From Eledone cirrhosa (lineage: Eukaryota), in assembly GCA_964016885.1 (NCBI GenBank), contig OZ024741.1, forward strand, positions 264,740,001 to 264,804,000: a stretch of DNA of 64,000 nucleotides, written 5' to 3'. Below the pieces are notes generated by a model. That model saw nothing but the letters and a program-made list of their open reading frames with translations. It did not search any database and was not told where the DNA came from. The translations under genes and the position numbers were made by a program. This document shows, in pieces, positions 29,131 through 43,288 of the stretch; the stretch's first letter is position 1; the number at the start of each line of letters is the position of its first letter.

Positions 29131-29759
29131 TATCAGCAGAGACAGATGTCAGCCTGCAGTGACCACGTGTTGTTTGTGTAACTTGAAATTGCTGCAGTGT
29201 AAAATATGGACTTAATCCAGAACAAACCACAAAAGGAAAGGAAAAGGCTATGTAGCCGGTCCCGGTACAATAGACTCCCAAGCTATGTAGCCGGTAAGAG
29301 TGTCAGACACCATGAGTTGCGGCAAGAGTTAAGACAATTTGAAATCTTTTCCACCATCAATTGTTAAAAAACAAGTTAAAATCATTTAGTCATCCATTCG
29401 TTCATGTGTATGTTACACTTTACTTACACACACACACATCTACACGTAAACACATAAACAGATACAGACAACATAAGGAAGGGGCTGGTGAAACGCTATA
29501 ACATGTGTGTTGCATCCCTTTAGGGTTTCCCGGCTACATAGCCTATTCGAAAGGGAAAGACAGAAAAGGAATAAGAAATATGTGTGTGTGTGTGTAGTTT
29601 AAGAGCGAAACACTTGCTTGAGGTGTGAAGGTGGGAGGGGGGCTCTACTGTGAAGACCTGCTTTATTATTCACAGTTAAATAAATATTACAAATCTTTAC
29701 AGAATGAAAATATAAACATATAAAAGATAATTAATTATTACTAGGAATCTCTCAAATGT

Positions 29760-29942
29760 AATTGTTTCTACTTTTGGCACAGGGCCAGCAATTATTCCAG
29801 TGCATTACTGGTATTTTGTTTTATCGACCCCGTATGGATGAAAGGCAAAGTTAACCTCGGCAGGATTTGAACTCAGACCATAAAGGGCCGTAACTCTATG
29901 CTGCAAAGCATGGCGTCTGATCCTTTACCGATACTGCCAATC
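29760..29942 (-). mobile_element. Family A SINE
   Basis: Full core on the minus strand. Confidence 0.9.
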
Positions 29943-30071
29943 CCCCAGGAGAAGCAAAAACCAAAACTAAAACGACCATCACTTCACCACCAAGTGCAAC
30001 AATCGGCCGTACATCACAATGGTCATCGGAATATTTTGAGACAAACCAATACACAGCATTACCACTGGTGA

Positions 30072-30460
30072 TGTACTTACTACTTACTTGTGTCGACATT
30101 CACCCAGGACGGGTTGAGCCGGCTTCTTCCCTTGTCCTGACGGCATCCCGAACCATGGCAACCCACGCACGACGGTCCCGGGCTAGGTCACTGGAGATAG
30201 CGAGCCAGTCACGGTTCCATCGGCGCAGGCCGACCACCTGCGGGACCTGAGAGTTCGGAAAGGTCCTCCTTGATCGTCGCTGCCCAGGTCTTCAGCTGCC
30301 CGTCAACGCGCTTGCGCCAGTTAGCGAGGAGAACATCGCGGAACAGCTCACCCTCAGGGCGCCGGGCTGCGTGACCAAACCATCTCAAGCGCCGTTGCAG
30401 AAGCACTGAAGGAAGGGGTCGAAGATTCAGGCGAAGACGAAGACTGGCGGTAGGTACCCG
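30072..30460 (-). mobile_element. 5'-truncated RTE LINE 3' end with (AAGT)n tail
   Basis: LLQRRLRWFGHAARRPEGE...GQLKTWAATIKEDL, then a frameshift to WNRDWLAISSDLARDRRAWVAMVRDAV...AGSTRPG*. Tail caagtaagtagtaagta. Confidence 0.88.
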
Positions 30461-30525
30461 TGATGGTCTAGCTAAGGTGCAGAAACGAATATTTAGAATT
30501 ATTTATTATCATATAACAAATATAT

Positions 30526-30712
30526 AATTGTTTCTACTTTTGGCACAAGGCCAGCAATTATCTCAGTACATTACTGGTACTTTATTTTATCGACCCCGTA
30601 AGGATGAAAGGCAAAGTTAACCTCGGTGGGATTTGGACTCAGAATGGCAAGGGCCGTAACTCTATGCGTCAAAGCATGGCGTCCGACCCTCTACCGATAC
30701 TGCCAATCCACC
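30526..30712 (-). mobile_element. Family A SINE
   Basis: Full core on the minus strand. Confidence 0.9.
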
Positions 30713-30738
30713 GATATTAAATAGAAATACATATATAC

Positions 30739-30840
30739 AGTGTACCCCCGGCATTCGCGATCTCGGTTATTCGCGGAATTTTCCTTAGAACCTAACAAAT
30801 AGTTGTTCGTGGAAACCACTGCATGTTCGGGGAATTGTAA
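30739..30840 (+). mobile_element. pogo/Tigger-like transposon left end
   Basis: TA|cagtgtacccccggcattcgcg with repeated attcgcg, as in Tigger-type TIRs. No partner end seen. Confidence 0.45.
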
Positions 30841-30939
30841 ATATCTTCTGTGATTCTTTATGGCTTTTTTCGTGGCAATATATATTTTTTTAGCGCTAAA
30901 TTATTAGTGTTTGTATCTCGCTCTACACCAGGGTCTATC

Positions 30940-33900
30940 GTGTGTATATGGTGGTCTATGACAGTGTGTGTGTATGTAATGTTATAGATGTGTATATGGT
31001 GGTCTATGACAGTGTGTGTGTGTATGTAATGTTATAGATGTGTATATGGTGGTCTATGACAGTGTGTGTGTATGTAATGTTATAGATGTGTATATGGTGG
31101 TCTATGACTGTGTGTGTGTGTGTAATGTTATAGATGTGTATATGGTGGTCTATGACAGTGTGTGTGTGTGTGTGTAATGTTATAGATGTGTATATGGTGG
31201 TCTATGACAGTGTGTGTGTGTGTGTGTGTAATGTTATAGATGTGTATATGGTGGTCTATGACAGTGTGTGTGTGTGTGTGTAATGTTATAGATGTGTATA
31301 GGGTGGTATATGACAGTGTGTGTGTATGTAATGTTATAGATGTGTATATGGTGGTCTATGACAGTGTGTGTGTGTGTGTAATGTTATAGATGTGTATAGG
31401 GTGGTCTATGACAGTGTGTGTGTGTGTGTAATGTTATAGATGTGTATATGGTGGTCTATGACAGTGTGTGTGTATGTAATGTTATAGATGTGTATATGGT
31501 GGTCTATGACAGTGTGTGTGTGTGTGTGTGTGTAATGTTATAGATGTGTATATGGTGGTCTATGACAGTGTGTGTGTGTGTGTGTAATGTTATAGATGTG
31601 TATATGGTGGTCTATGACAGTGTGTGTGTGTGTGTGTAATGTTATAGATGTGTATATGGTGGTCTATGACAGTGTGTGTGTGTGTGTGTAATGTTATAGA
31701 TGTGTATATGGTGGTCTATGACAGTGTGTGTCTGTGTGTGTAATGTTATAGATGTGTATATGGTGGTCTATGACAGTGTGTGTGTGTGTGTGTAATGTTA
31801 TAGATGTGTATAGGGTGGTCTATGACAGTGTGTGTGTGTGTGTAATGTTATAGATGTGTATATGGTGGTCTATGACAGTGTGTGTGTGTGTAATGTTATA
31901 GATGTGTATATGGCGGTCTATGACAGTGTGTGTGTGTGTGTGTAATGTTATAGATGTGTATAGGGTGGTCTATGACAGTGTGTGTGTGTGTGTAATGTTA
32001 TAGATGTGTATATGGTGGTCTATGACAGTGTGTGTGTGTGTAATGTTATAGATGTGTATATGGCGGTCTATGACAGTGTGTGTGTGTGTGTGTAATGTTA
32101 TAGATGTGTATAGGGTGGTCTATGACAGTGTGTGTGTGTATGTAATGTTATAGATGTGTATATGGTGGTCTATGACAGTGTGTGTGTGTGTGTAATGTTA
32201 TAGATGTGTATAGGGTGGTCTATGACAGTGTGTGTGTGTGTGTAATGTTATAGATGTGTATAGGGTGGTCTATGACAGTGTGTGTGTGTATGTAATGTTA
32301 TAGATGTGTATATGGTGGTCTATGACAGTGTGTGTGTGTGTGTGTGTATGTAATGTTATATATGTGTATATGGTGGTCTATGACAGTGTGTGTGTATGTA
32401 ATGTTATAGATGTGTATATGGTGGTCTATGACAGTGTGTGTGTGTGTAATGTTATAGATGTGTATATGGTGGTATATGACAGTGTGTGTGTATGTAATGT
32501 TATAGATGTGTATATGGCGGTCTATGACAGTGTGTGTGTGTGTGTAATGTTATAGATGTGTATATGGTGGTCTATGACAGTGTGTGTGTGTATGTAATGT
32601 TATAGATGTGTATATGGTGGTCTATGACAGTGTGTGTGTGTATGTAATGTTATAGATGTGTATATGGCGGTCTATCACAGTGTGTGTGTGTGTAATGTTA
32701 TATGTGTATATGGTGGTCTATGACAGTGTGTGTGTGTGTGTAATGTTATAGATGTGTATAGGGTGGTCTATGACAGTGTGTGTGTAATGTTATAGATGTG
32801 TATATGGTGGTCTATGACAGTGTGTGTGTGTGTGTGTAATGTTATAGATGTGTATATGGTGGTCTATGACATTGTGTGTGTATGTAATGTTATAGATGTG
32901 TATATGGTGGTCTATGACAGTGTGTGTGTGTGTGTGTAATGTTATAGATGTGTATATGGTGGTCTATGACAGTGTGTGTGTGTGTGTGTAATGTTATAGA
33001 TGTGTATATGGTGGTCTATGACAGTGTGTGTGTGTGTGTGTGTAATGTTATAGATGTGTATATGGTGGTCTATGACAGTGTGTGTGTGTGTGTGTAATGT
33101 TATAGATGTGTATAGGGTGGTATATGACAGTGTGTGTGTATGTAATGTTATAGATGTGTATATGGTGGTCTATGACAGTGTGTGTGTGTGTGTAATGTTA
33201 TAGATGTGTATAGGGTGGTCTATGACAGTGTGTGTGTGTATGTAATGTTATAGATGTGTATATGGTGGTCTATGACAGTGTGTGTGTGTGTGTAATGTTA
33301 TAGATGTGTATAGGGTGGTCTATGACAGTGTGTGTGTGTGTGTAATGTTATAGATGTGTATAGGGTGGTCTATGACAGTGTGTGTGTGTATGTAATGTTA
33401 TAGATGTGTATATGGTGGTCTATGACAGTGTGTGTGTGTGTGTGTATGTAATGTTATATATGTGTATATGGTGGTCTATGACAGTGTGTGTGTATGTAAT
33501 GTTATAGATGTGTATATGGTGGTCTATGACAGTGTGTGTGTGTGTAATGTTATAGATGTGTATATGGTGGTATATGACAGTGTGTGTGTATGTAATGTTA
33601 TAGATGTGTATATGGCGGTCTATGACAGTGTGTGTGTGTATGTAATGTTATAGATGTGTATATGGTGGTCTATGACAGTGTGTGTGTGTATGTAATGTTA
33701 TAGATGTGTATATGGTGGTCTATGACAGTGTGTGTGTGTATGTAATGTTATAGATGTGTATATGGCGGTCTATGACAGTGTGTGTGTGTGTAATGTTATA
33801 TATGTGTATATGGTGGTCTATGACAGTGTGTGTGTGTGTGTAATGTTATAGATGTGTATATGGTGGTCTATGACAGTGTGTGTGTGTGTGTAATGTTATA

Positions 33901-35532
33901 GATGTGTATATGGTGGTCTATGACAGTGTGTGTGTGTAATGTTATAGATGTGTATATGGTGGTCTATGACAGTGTGTGTGTGTGTGTGTGTAATGTTATA
34001 GATGTGTATATGGTGGTCTATGACAGTGTGTGTGTATGTAATGTTATAGATGTGTATATGGTGGTCTATGACAGTGTGTGTGTGTGTGTGTAATGTTATA
34101 GATGTGTATATGGTGGTCTATGACAGTGTGTGTGTGTGTGTGTAATGTTATAGATGTGTATATGGTGGTCTATGACAGTGTGTGTGTGTGTGTGTAATGT
34201 TATAGATGTGTATATGGTGGTCTATGACAGTGTGTGTGTGTGTGTGTAATGTTATAGATGTGTATATGGTGGTCTATGACAGTGTGTGTCTGTGTGTGTA
34301 ATGTTATAGATGTGTATATGGTGGTCTATGACAGTGTGTGTGTGTGTGTGTAATGTTATAGATGTGTATAGGGTGGTCTATGACAGTGTGTGTGTGTGTG
34401 TAATGTTATAGATGTGTATATGGTGGTCTATGACAGTGTGTGTGTGTGTAATGTTATAGATGTGTATATGGCGGTCTATGACAGTGTGTGTGTGTGTGTG
34501 TAATGTTATAGATGTGTATAGGGTGGTCTATGACAGTGTGTGTGTGTGTGTAATGTTATAGATGTGTATATGGTGGTCTATGACAGTGTGTGTGTGTGTA
34601 ATGTTATAGATGTGTATATGGCGGTCTATGACAGTGTGTGTGTGTGTGTGTAATGTTATAGATGTGTATATGGTGGTCTATGACAGTGTGTGTGTGTAAT
34701 GTTATAGATGTGTATATGGCGGTCTATGACAGTGTGTGTGTGTGTAATGTTATAGATGTGTATATGGCGGTCTATGACAGTGTGTGTGTGTGTAATGTTA
34801 TAGATGTGTATATGGTGGTCTATGACAGTGTGTGTGTATGTAATGTTATAGATGTGTATATGGTGGTCTATGACAGTGTGTGTGTGTGTGTAATGTTATA
34901 GATGTGTATATGGTGGTCTATGACAGTGTGTGTGTGTGTGTAATGTTATAGATGTGTATATGGCGGTCTATCACAGTGTGTGTGTGTGTGTATGTAATGT
35001 TATAGATGTGTATATGGTGGTCTATGACAGTGTGTGTGTCTGTGTAATGCTATAGATGTGTATATGGTGGTCTATGACAGTGTGTGTGTGTATGTAATGT
35101 TATAGATGTGTATATGGTGGTCTATGACAGTGTGTGTGTGTGTAATGTTATAGATGTGTATATGGTGGTCTATGACAGTGTGTGTGTGTGTGTGTGTAAT
35201 GTTATAGATGTGTATATGGTGTTCTATGACAGTGTGTGTGTGTGTAATGTTATAGATGTGTATATGGTGGTCTATGACAGTGTGTGTGTGTGTGTGTGTG
35301 TAATGTTATAGATGTGTATATGGTGGTCTATGACAGTGTATGTGTGTGTGTAATGTTATAGATGTGTATATGGTGTTCTATGACAGTGTGTGTGTGTGTG
35401 TGTAATGTTATAGATGTGTATATGGTGTTCTATGACAGTGTGTGTGTGTGTAATGTCATAGATGTGTATATGGTGGTCTATGACAGTGTGTGTGTGTGTG
35501 TGTAATGTTATAGATGTGTATATGGTGGTCTA
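30940..35532. repeat. 4.6-kb satellite: constant 35-bp core plus variable (TG)n
   Basis: aatgttatagatgtgtatatggtggtctatgacag followed by (tg)n, roughly 90 units. Confidence 0.97.
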
Positions 35533-35713
35533 CACCAATAACTACAATCACATCACATATATTTATGTAATATGGCCACTTAACACAACTTATCAAGAAA
35601 TTCCACAATGTCGGCTGACCTTTTCACCAAACACAGTTTCTTAGAATTACTTCCATTCAGGAATGTTTCACAATTACTTCTCTCTCTCACACACACATAT
35701 ATAAATATATATA

Positions 35714-35756
<43 letters not shown>

Positions 35757-35776
35757 TCTCTCTCTCTCTCTCACAT

Positions 35777-35818
<42 letters not shown>

Positions 35819-36141
35819 TCTCTCTCTCTCACTCTCACATATTTATACACACACTCTCTCTCTCACACGCACACATACACACTCTCTCTCTCACACACAC
35901 ACATACATACTCTCTCTCACACACACACACACACATACACACTCTCTCTCACACACACACACTCTCTCTCTCTCTGACACACACACACACACACACACAT
36001 ATTTATACATGCATAAACACACTTAGTTTCTTATTTCTTCTCTCTTTGTTTTCCTCTCACTCTTCTCATTCCACTCTCACTCTCTCTCTTTCCATCTTTG
36101 TCACACTCAAACAATAGCCTACACACACACACACACACACA

Positions 36142-36200
<59 letters not shown>

Positions 36201-36247
36201 ACCTTCCTTACTCCTCCTCAGAGTTCCTGTTCTTCCCCTATCCGAAC

Positions 36248-36283
36248 TTTCTTGATGAAGGACTTATGTCCGAAACGTCGAAA
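36248..36283 (+). ncRNA. Minimal hammerhead-like motif with C3U core change
   Basis: tttc TTGATGA a ggac-ttat-gtcc GAAA cg TC gaaa. Same architecture as the H5 motifs. Confidence 0.5.
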
Positions 36284-36361
36284 CCTCCTCCACTTCCACC
36301 AAGTATGAACCTTTATAACTGTACAATTGCCTCTTGTGTTTTGTTCGTTTATTTTCAACTA

Positions 36362-36392
<31 letters not shown>

Positions 36393-36533
36393 TAATATAT
36401 GTAGAAATAAACACAGTAAATTCTGCGTCTAAATTTACGGGGGTAGATTATACCACAAAAGTTTTATATATTTAAACTGAAACATACAGTAAGATACAAG
36501 ATGTCCTATACATACCGTATCAATAACGATTTC

Positions 36534-36623
36534 ATCTCTCGGACAGACCAAAGATTTAATCTGTTTCGCCCTGAAAATTGTGTTTGTAACAGATAATCCT
36601 TAGGTATTTCATCAGCGAGAGAT
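36534..36623 (-). ncRNA. Type I hammerhead ribozyme with extended stem III (family H4)
   Basis: Minus strand: atctctcg CTGATGA [imperfect long stem II] GAAA cagattaaa-tc-tttggtctg TC cgagagat. Perfect 8-bp stem I and a GUC triplet. Confidence 0.78.
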
Positions 36624-36817
36624 CAGATTAAATGAAACAAAACACATCTAACAAGAACTCACGGAAGTAATGCACCTCGCGGGTTGAAAGCTATACGTGG
36701 TGTGAGTGGGTATGCTAGAAATAATAGCCTTATTAATATCGTCAATATTATAATGCTCAGTATTTATACTTTGAGCTTGTTAATTGCAGGGTATCAATAT
36801 GAGTTAATAACTCTATA

Positions 36818-36924
<107 letters not shown>

Positions 36925-36938
36925 GTTTTAATATAGAT

Positions 36939-36991
36939 GAGATTCTACAGGACTAGAACTGTTTCATTCTTTAGAAATCATCAGGAATCTC
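36939..36991 (-). ncRNA. Type I hammerhead ribozyme (family H1)
   Basis: Minus strand: gagattc CTGATGA t ttc-taaa-gaa t GAAA cag-ttctagtc-ctg TA gaatctc. 7-bp stem I, GUA triplet, U-U at the base of stem II. Confidence 0.72.
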
Positions 36992-37307
36992 TAGATTCCT
37001 GATGATTTCTAAAGAATAAACATGGTTTACGAATGGAACGCATGGAGAAAACCTTTCGTCACCAGGAAGTCTGTTCTCAGCTAAGTTCCCATAATCGGAA
37101 ACCATGTTTATTCCCTTTCAGAAACTAATTAGTTGGAGTGAAATTTTAGTAAGTAAGTTAATTTTTATAATTTTCTTATTTTACGTCTTTCATATAATTG
37201 TTCTGCATCCCCTTGCATTGAACTACAAAGTTACTAAGACAAAACCTATATATTTGCTAGCATAGGTATGCATCTGTATATATATGTTGGTAGATATACT
37301 AATTCTT

Positions 37308-37418
<111 letters not shown>

Positions 37419-37654
37419 TATATATTCAGTATATATATGTGTGTACGTGTGTGTGTGTGAACGTGTGTATACACATATATATACACACATATATACACAT
37501 ATGTATACATTATATATGTATACACGTGTCAGTCCCTCTTTTCCTGTCTTTGTCCATATTTCTCTATATATGTATGTTCATGTACATGTGTGTGTGTTTG
37601 TATGTGTGTATATGTAACTGTGACTGTGTGTGTGTGTGTATGTGTATGTATGTG

Positions 37655-38002
37655 TAGAGGTCTCTCTATCGTCCAATATGTGACTGTGTGTGTGTATGTA
37701 TGTGTGTATGTGTAGGTCTCTCTATCGTCCAATATGTGACTGTGTGTGTGTATGTATGTGTGTATGTGTGTGTGTAGTCTCTCTATCGTCCAATATGTAA
37801 CTGTGTGTGTATGTCTGTGTGTGTGTATGTGTGTATGTCTGTATGTGTGTGTGTAGGTCTCTCTATCGTCCAATATGTGACTGTGTGTGTGTATGTATGT
37901 GTGTATGTAGGTCTCTCTTTCGTCCAATATGTAACTGCGACTGTGTGTATGTGTGTGTGTGTGTGTAGGTCTCTCTATCGTCCAATATGTAACTGCGACT
38001 GT

Positions 38003-38048
<46 letters not shown>

Positions 38049-38073
38049 GTCTCTCTATCGTCCAATATGTAAC

Positions 38074-38112
<39 letters not shown>

Positions 38113-38384
38113 AGGTCTCTCTTTCGTCCAATATGTAACTGTGTATGTGTGTGTGTGTGTGTGTAGGTCTCTCTTTCGTCCAATATGTAACTGTGTGTGT
38201 ATGTGTCTGTGTGTATGTGTGTGTGTGTGTGTGTGTGTAGGTCTCTCTTTCGTCCAATATGTAACTGCGACTATGTGTATGTGTGTGTGTGTGTGTAGGT
38301 CTCTCTATCGTCCAATATGTAACTGTGTGTGTATGTGTGTGTGTATGTGTGTAGGTCTCTCTTTCGTCCAATATGTAACTGTGT

Positions 38385-38416
<32 letters not shown>

Positions 38417-39292
38417 AGGTCTCTCTTTCGTCCAATATGTAACTGTGTGTGTATGTGTCTGTGTGTATGTGTGTGTGTGTGTAGGTCTCTCTTTCGTCCA
38501 ATATGTAACTGTGTGTGTATGTGTGTGTGTGTGTAGGTCTCTCTTTCGTCCAATATGTAACTGTGTGTGTATGTGTCTGTGTGTATGTGTGTGTGTAGGT
38601 CTCTCTTTCGTCCAATATGTAACTGTGTGTGTATGTGTCTGTGTGTATGTGTGTGTGTGTGTAGGTCTCTCTTTCGTCCAATATGTAACTGTGTGTGTAT
38701 GTGTCTGTGTGTATGTGTGTGTGTGTGTGTGTAGGTCTCTCTTTCGTCCAATATGTAACTGCGACTGTGTATGTATATGTATGTATGTGTGTGTGTGTAT
38801 GTGTATGTGTAGGTCTCTCTTTCGTCCAATATGTAACTGCGACTGTGTATGTATATGTATGTATGTGTGTGTGTGTGTGTGTGTGTATGTGTAGGTCTCT
38901 CTACCGTCCAATATGTAACTGCGACTGTGTATGTATATGTATGTATGTGTGTGTGTGTGTATGTGTAGGTCTCTCTACCGTCCAATATGTAACTGCGACT
39001 GTGTATGTATATGTATGTATGTGTGTGTGTGTGTATGTGTGTAGGTCTCTCTTTCGTCCAATATGTAACTGCGACTGTGTATGTATATGTATGTATGTGT
39101 GTGTGTGTGTGTATGTGTAGGTCTCTCTACCGTCCAATATGTAACTGTGTGTGTATGTGTCTGTGTGTATGTGTGTGTGTGTGTGTGTAGGTCTCTCTAC
39201 CGTCCAATATGTAACTGCGACTGTGTATGTATATGTATGTATGTGTGTGTGTGTGTGTGTATGTGTAGGTCTCTCTACCGTCCAATATGTAA
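37655..39292. repeat. Minisatellite: aggtctctctWYcgtccaatatgtaactg core plus variable (TG/TATG)n
   Basis: About 27 units directly visible. Confidence 0.95.
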
Positions 39293-39591
39293 ACCTCTTA
39301 AAATGTTGCGTTGTTCCGTTTTTTCAAAAGTCACAGGTTTCCTGATAGTTCTAAATATGTGTTAGTAGGTGTGTGTAACTGTGTGTGTCTAGGTATGTGT
39401 ATATATGTGTGTGAGTATCTATGACTGTATATGTGTGTGGGGGGGGGTATGTAGGTGTGTATGTATGTGCATGTATGTATGTGTGTGCATATGAATGTGT
39501 ATAGGTATGTAGGTATATATATATATGTATGAATGCATGGATGTGTGTATGTATGTACGTATATATATATATATATACATACACATGAATG

Positions 39592-39635
<44 letters not shown>

Positions 39636-39857
39636 CACATGAATGTATGTGTATATATATACACATATACATTCATGTGTATGTGTGATTTTGTATAGAT
39701 TGCATGTATGTGTGTTAATGAGGGAGAATTTGGGTGTATTTAGGAAGGAAAAAGGAAGGAAAGAGGGAAAAGAGAAAGAAAGAGATGGAAAGAGAGAGAG
39801 AGTGGGGTGGAGCTACAGATAGAGAGGGGATAGGGACAGAGAGAGGGGGAGAGAAAG

Positions 39858-40305
39858 ACGGGGGTAATATTGTTGGTGGAATCTTGCAGTATTCGTAAGG
39901 ACAACTCACCAAAGAGAGAGTGAAAGAAACAAAGAGAGGGAGAGAGAAAGAAACAAAGAGAGAAAGAGAGAGATGGGGTGATATTGTTTGTGTAATGCTG
40001 CACTGTTGTTAAGGACAACCCACCAGAGAGAGAGGGGTGGAGAGGGGGGGTGGAGACAGAGAGAAGGGAGAGAAAGAGAAAGGGTGGAGAGAGAGATGGA
40101 GATGAGGGGTGATAATGTTGGTGTAATGCTGCACTGTTGTTAAGGACAACTCACCAGAGAGAGACAGATAGAGAGAGAGGGTGATATTGTTGGTGTCATG
40201 CTGCACTGTTGTTAAGGACAACTCGCCAGAGAGAGAGAGACAGATAGAGAGAGAGGGTGATATTGTTGGTGTCATGCTGCACTGTTGTTAAGGACAACTC
40301 ACCAA
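39858..40305. repeat. Five copies of a 46-bp core separated by (GA)n
   Basis: ggtgatattgttggtgtMatgctgcactgttgttaaggacaactcacca repeated. Confidence 0.88.
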
Positions 40306-40494
40306 TTACATTAGATTACATCAGCAACTCTCCACCGTTTTCGATCCCCACCAGAATAAATAAGACGCTAAATGTTGCGACCACCAACATCAACTTTGTT
40401 TAAAAGGTTTAAAAGCGAGTATTGGGAATGTTTTAAAATTGAGAGAGGTGCACGCATTGACGTTTATCACAAAGGAATATACATACATGTACAT

Positions 40495-40536
<42 letters not shown>

Positions 40537-40610
40537 CCAGACAACCTCCAAAAGTAATGGTTGTATTTTAAAGGGTACGTCAAACCTATTTGTAAAACTG
40601 TTCTATATTG

Positions 40611-40675
40611 TATTTTGTCTGATGAAGGCATACCATAATTTAATGTGGTATCCCTGAAATATGTATAATGAAATA
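40611..40675 (+). ncRNA. Type I hammerhead ribozyme (family H6) in TA-flanked element 40537-40807
   Basis: tattttgt CTGATGA aggcatacca-taatttaatg-tggtatccct GAAA t-atgt-a TA atgaaata. Confidence 0.78.
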
Positions 40676-41019
40676 AATATGGTTTTATAAATATAGTTTC
40701 CATTTATTAATATCGTATATCTACTCCAAAAATTTGTCGAGTGCTTTATATCAGTTATAAAAATATTTACTTGTTGTATCCCAACAACTTTAAATAGAAC
40801 TTTTGCATATATATATATATATATATATACACAGTTCAAGAGTAACCAATCTTAAAGAGAGAGATGGAGATAGGAGAGGAGAAGAGAGATTGGTGAATTA
40901 GTTAGAAGCCAAAGCGTAAAGGCATGTGCTCAATATGCAATATGCTGTGGAAGGCAGCTAGGTGGCTGAGTTCATGCAGAGGTTAGGTGCACAGAGCTGG
41001 AAATATATATATATATATA

Positions 41020-42065
41020 CTAGCAGAGGTACCCGGCGTTGCTCGGATATTAAATAGCAGTTGTGTCAATACTTCAGTGCTGCTTCGAAAACTATACTTT
41101 TACAAAATCATCGGCTTTTTCCAAAAGGGGGATCCTGCCCCTAGGGGTCCCCTACCCAATATGTGCCAATTCTGAGAGTTAACATTCATCTGTAGGACAA
41201 ACGTAGCCCATGTGTCAAGTTTTGTGAAAATCGGTTGCGAATTCCAGAAGTTATGACGTTTTGTTGCATTGCACTGCAGTGCTTCAGTCGACTCCAAGGA
41301 AGTGGTTAAAGTGGTTAAAGGGGTTATCTGCCGGGGAGCCCTATAATCAATATCTGGAAAAATGACAGTGCCCATGACCATCCGGAGTACATAAGTAATC
41401 TATGTCTTAAGTTTGGTGAAAATACTGTGGAAATGCATAAGGTTTATACATACGCGCGTGCGTTCGTGTGTGTAGGGGGGGGGGTATATGTATTTGTGTG
41501 TGCGTATGTATGTGTATGTCCGTCGGGGCATACGTATGTACTGGCCTAAATCTTCACTATTTACTTTTACTATTTTAATAATTTTCGTTTTTAATTTTAT
41601 TTACATCATTCTTAAACTCCGGGCTGGAAATCATTCTGTTATTTTAAATAGAATATTAGTCTAACGACTCCATTTATACCATCAACTTGGTCTTGTCTTT
41701 GCATGAAATTGTTCTTCACGCTCCACATAACGACGTATTATCCTCGCTTTTTTCCCGTTCATTGCCAGGGAACGTCTTCACGAACCAAAATATCGTCTTC
41801 CTGTTTTCGTTCGGTTGCAACGTTTCTCGAAATATTTACTTCTGCGTTCACAGATTACTCTCAGTTCAATTTGAATGGGAAATTCCTGTTTCATCGATTT
41901 TCTCCGTAACCATGGAAGCTTGTAGCTTGAAAGTCGATCCAACGCCTCCTCGGGTCATTCTGCATAACTGTGTAAATTTTCGCTGCATTCCACCAAGCCG
42001 TTTCGATGTTTATCCGACTACACCTACATATACAACGTCCGACCACTTCCAATTTATATAGTAGA
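41020..42065 (-). mobile_element. Non-autonomous Helitron
   Basis: Minus strand A|TCTACTATATAAA ... ccgagcaacgccgggtacctctgCTAG|T: TC and CTAG termini, an AT target and no TSD. Confidence 0.8.
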
Positions 42066-42625
42066 TTTGTTTATATATGAATGACAAAAAGAAAAGTACA
42101 AAACTATACATGAATTGTTTCTACTAAACATTCAATTTAAGACACAACCTACATATTTGATAGGACTCCAGCTCACTTCTTCTTCTTCTTCTTCTTTTGC
42201 TCCCCCTGGAACATTGGGTTGCGAGCCACCCCCACACAACGCCATGTTCTGAGTCTGCTTTTCAACTCCACCGTGATGCACGGTGCGTCATGGTGTATCT
42301 AACCATTTGTTTAGGTCTTACTACGGCTGATTTCTTCCAGAGAGAAAGAAAGAGATGGAAAAAGGCAGAGAAGATTTATCCCCGGAGGAATAATAAAAAA
42401 TGTTTACACTGCACATTTCATTTTTTCAAAGCTAAAGCTGCCGATCCAAAATCAGTAATTCAACTCCCTGAAAACTTTCAAATATATGCTGTTCTAGCAT
42501 GAATATTAAGCTAAGGGGCAGCTGTCCACAAAGTAAGATTTACTTGCATATCTCCGCTCATATAAACACATAAATACATGCATACATACATTACAGTTGA
42601 TATTTTTTGTTATTAAAGCGTTTTC

Positions 42626-42663
<38 letters not shown>

Positions 42664-43090
42664 CGAAACATAAGTCAATTGCATGAACTCATAATCCTTT
42701 ATTTACTGCTTTATTTGTATGAAATTGTAAATAAGACAAAAGTATTAGAACAGGGGGAAATAACTCACCGAACGCGATAGTAAATAGACCGTTTTGGGAC
42801 CCCAGGGACCACATTTTACAAGTTGGAGATTTGAAACCTCGTCTATTTGCTTCCTTGGCACTTTTTACATAGGTGTGTAAATTTTCATGTCCGTCCGACC
42901 ACGTCTACTACCATTTAACCGTGCACAACTGAATTTCAACCACCACCCATTTCACAAATATATATTAGATATATATATATCAAAAGATATTATCAGGAAA
43001 GCTTGAATGAAACAGTTCTAGTCCTGTAGAAGCCATTTTTATATTAAACATGTTTACTGTAGTTACCCCCGACTGAACCCGAGACTCACA

Positions 43091-43161
<71 letters not shown>

Positions 43162-43252
43162 GTATGTAAAAGGTAAACAGAAATAACAACACAATCGGTA
43201 CAGTATATGGAAGGTATATATTAGGTTAACGCTTGATATAGCAGGAAGAGGG

Positions 43253-43288
43253 TCTTAACGTTTCGGACGCTAGTCTTTCATCAGAAGA
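43253..43288 (-). ncRNA. Minimal hammerhead motif (family H5) in element 43165-43372
   Basis: Minus strand: tctt CTGATGA a agac-tagc-gtcc GAAA cg TT aaga, with palindromic AACGTT at stem III. Second copy at 61060-61095. Confidence 0.62.

Noticed and set aside
30940-35532. CRISPR-like repeat-spacer appearance (also 12855-15990 and 37655-39292)
   Set aside because: The spacers are (TG)n or absent, not unique sequences. There are no cas genes and the context is eukaryotic.
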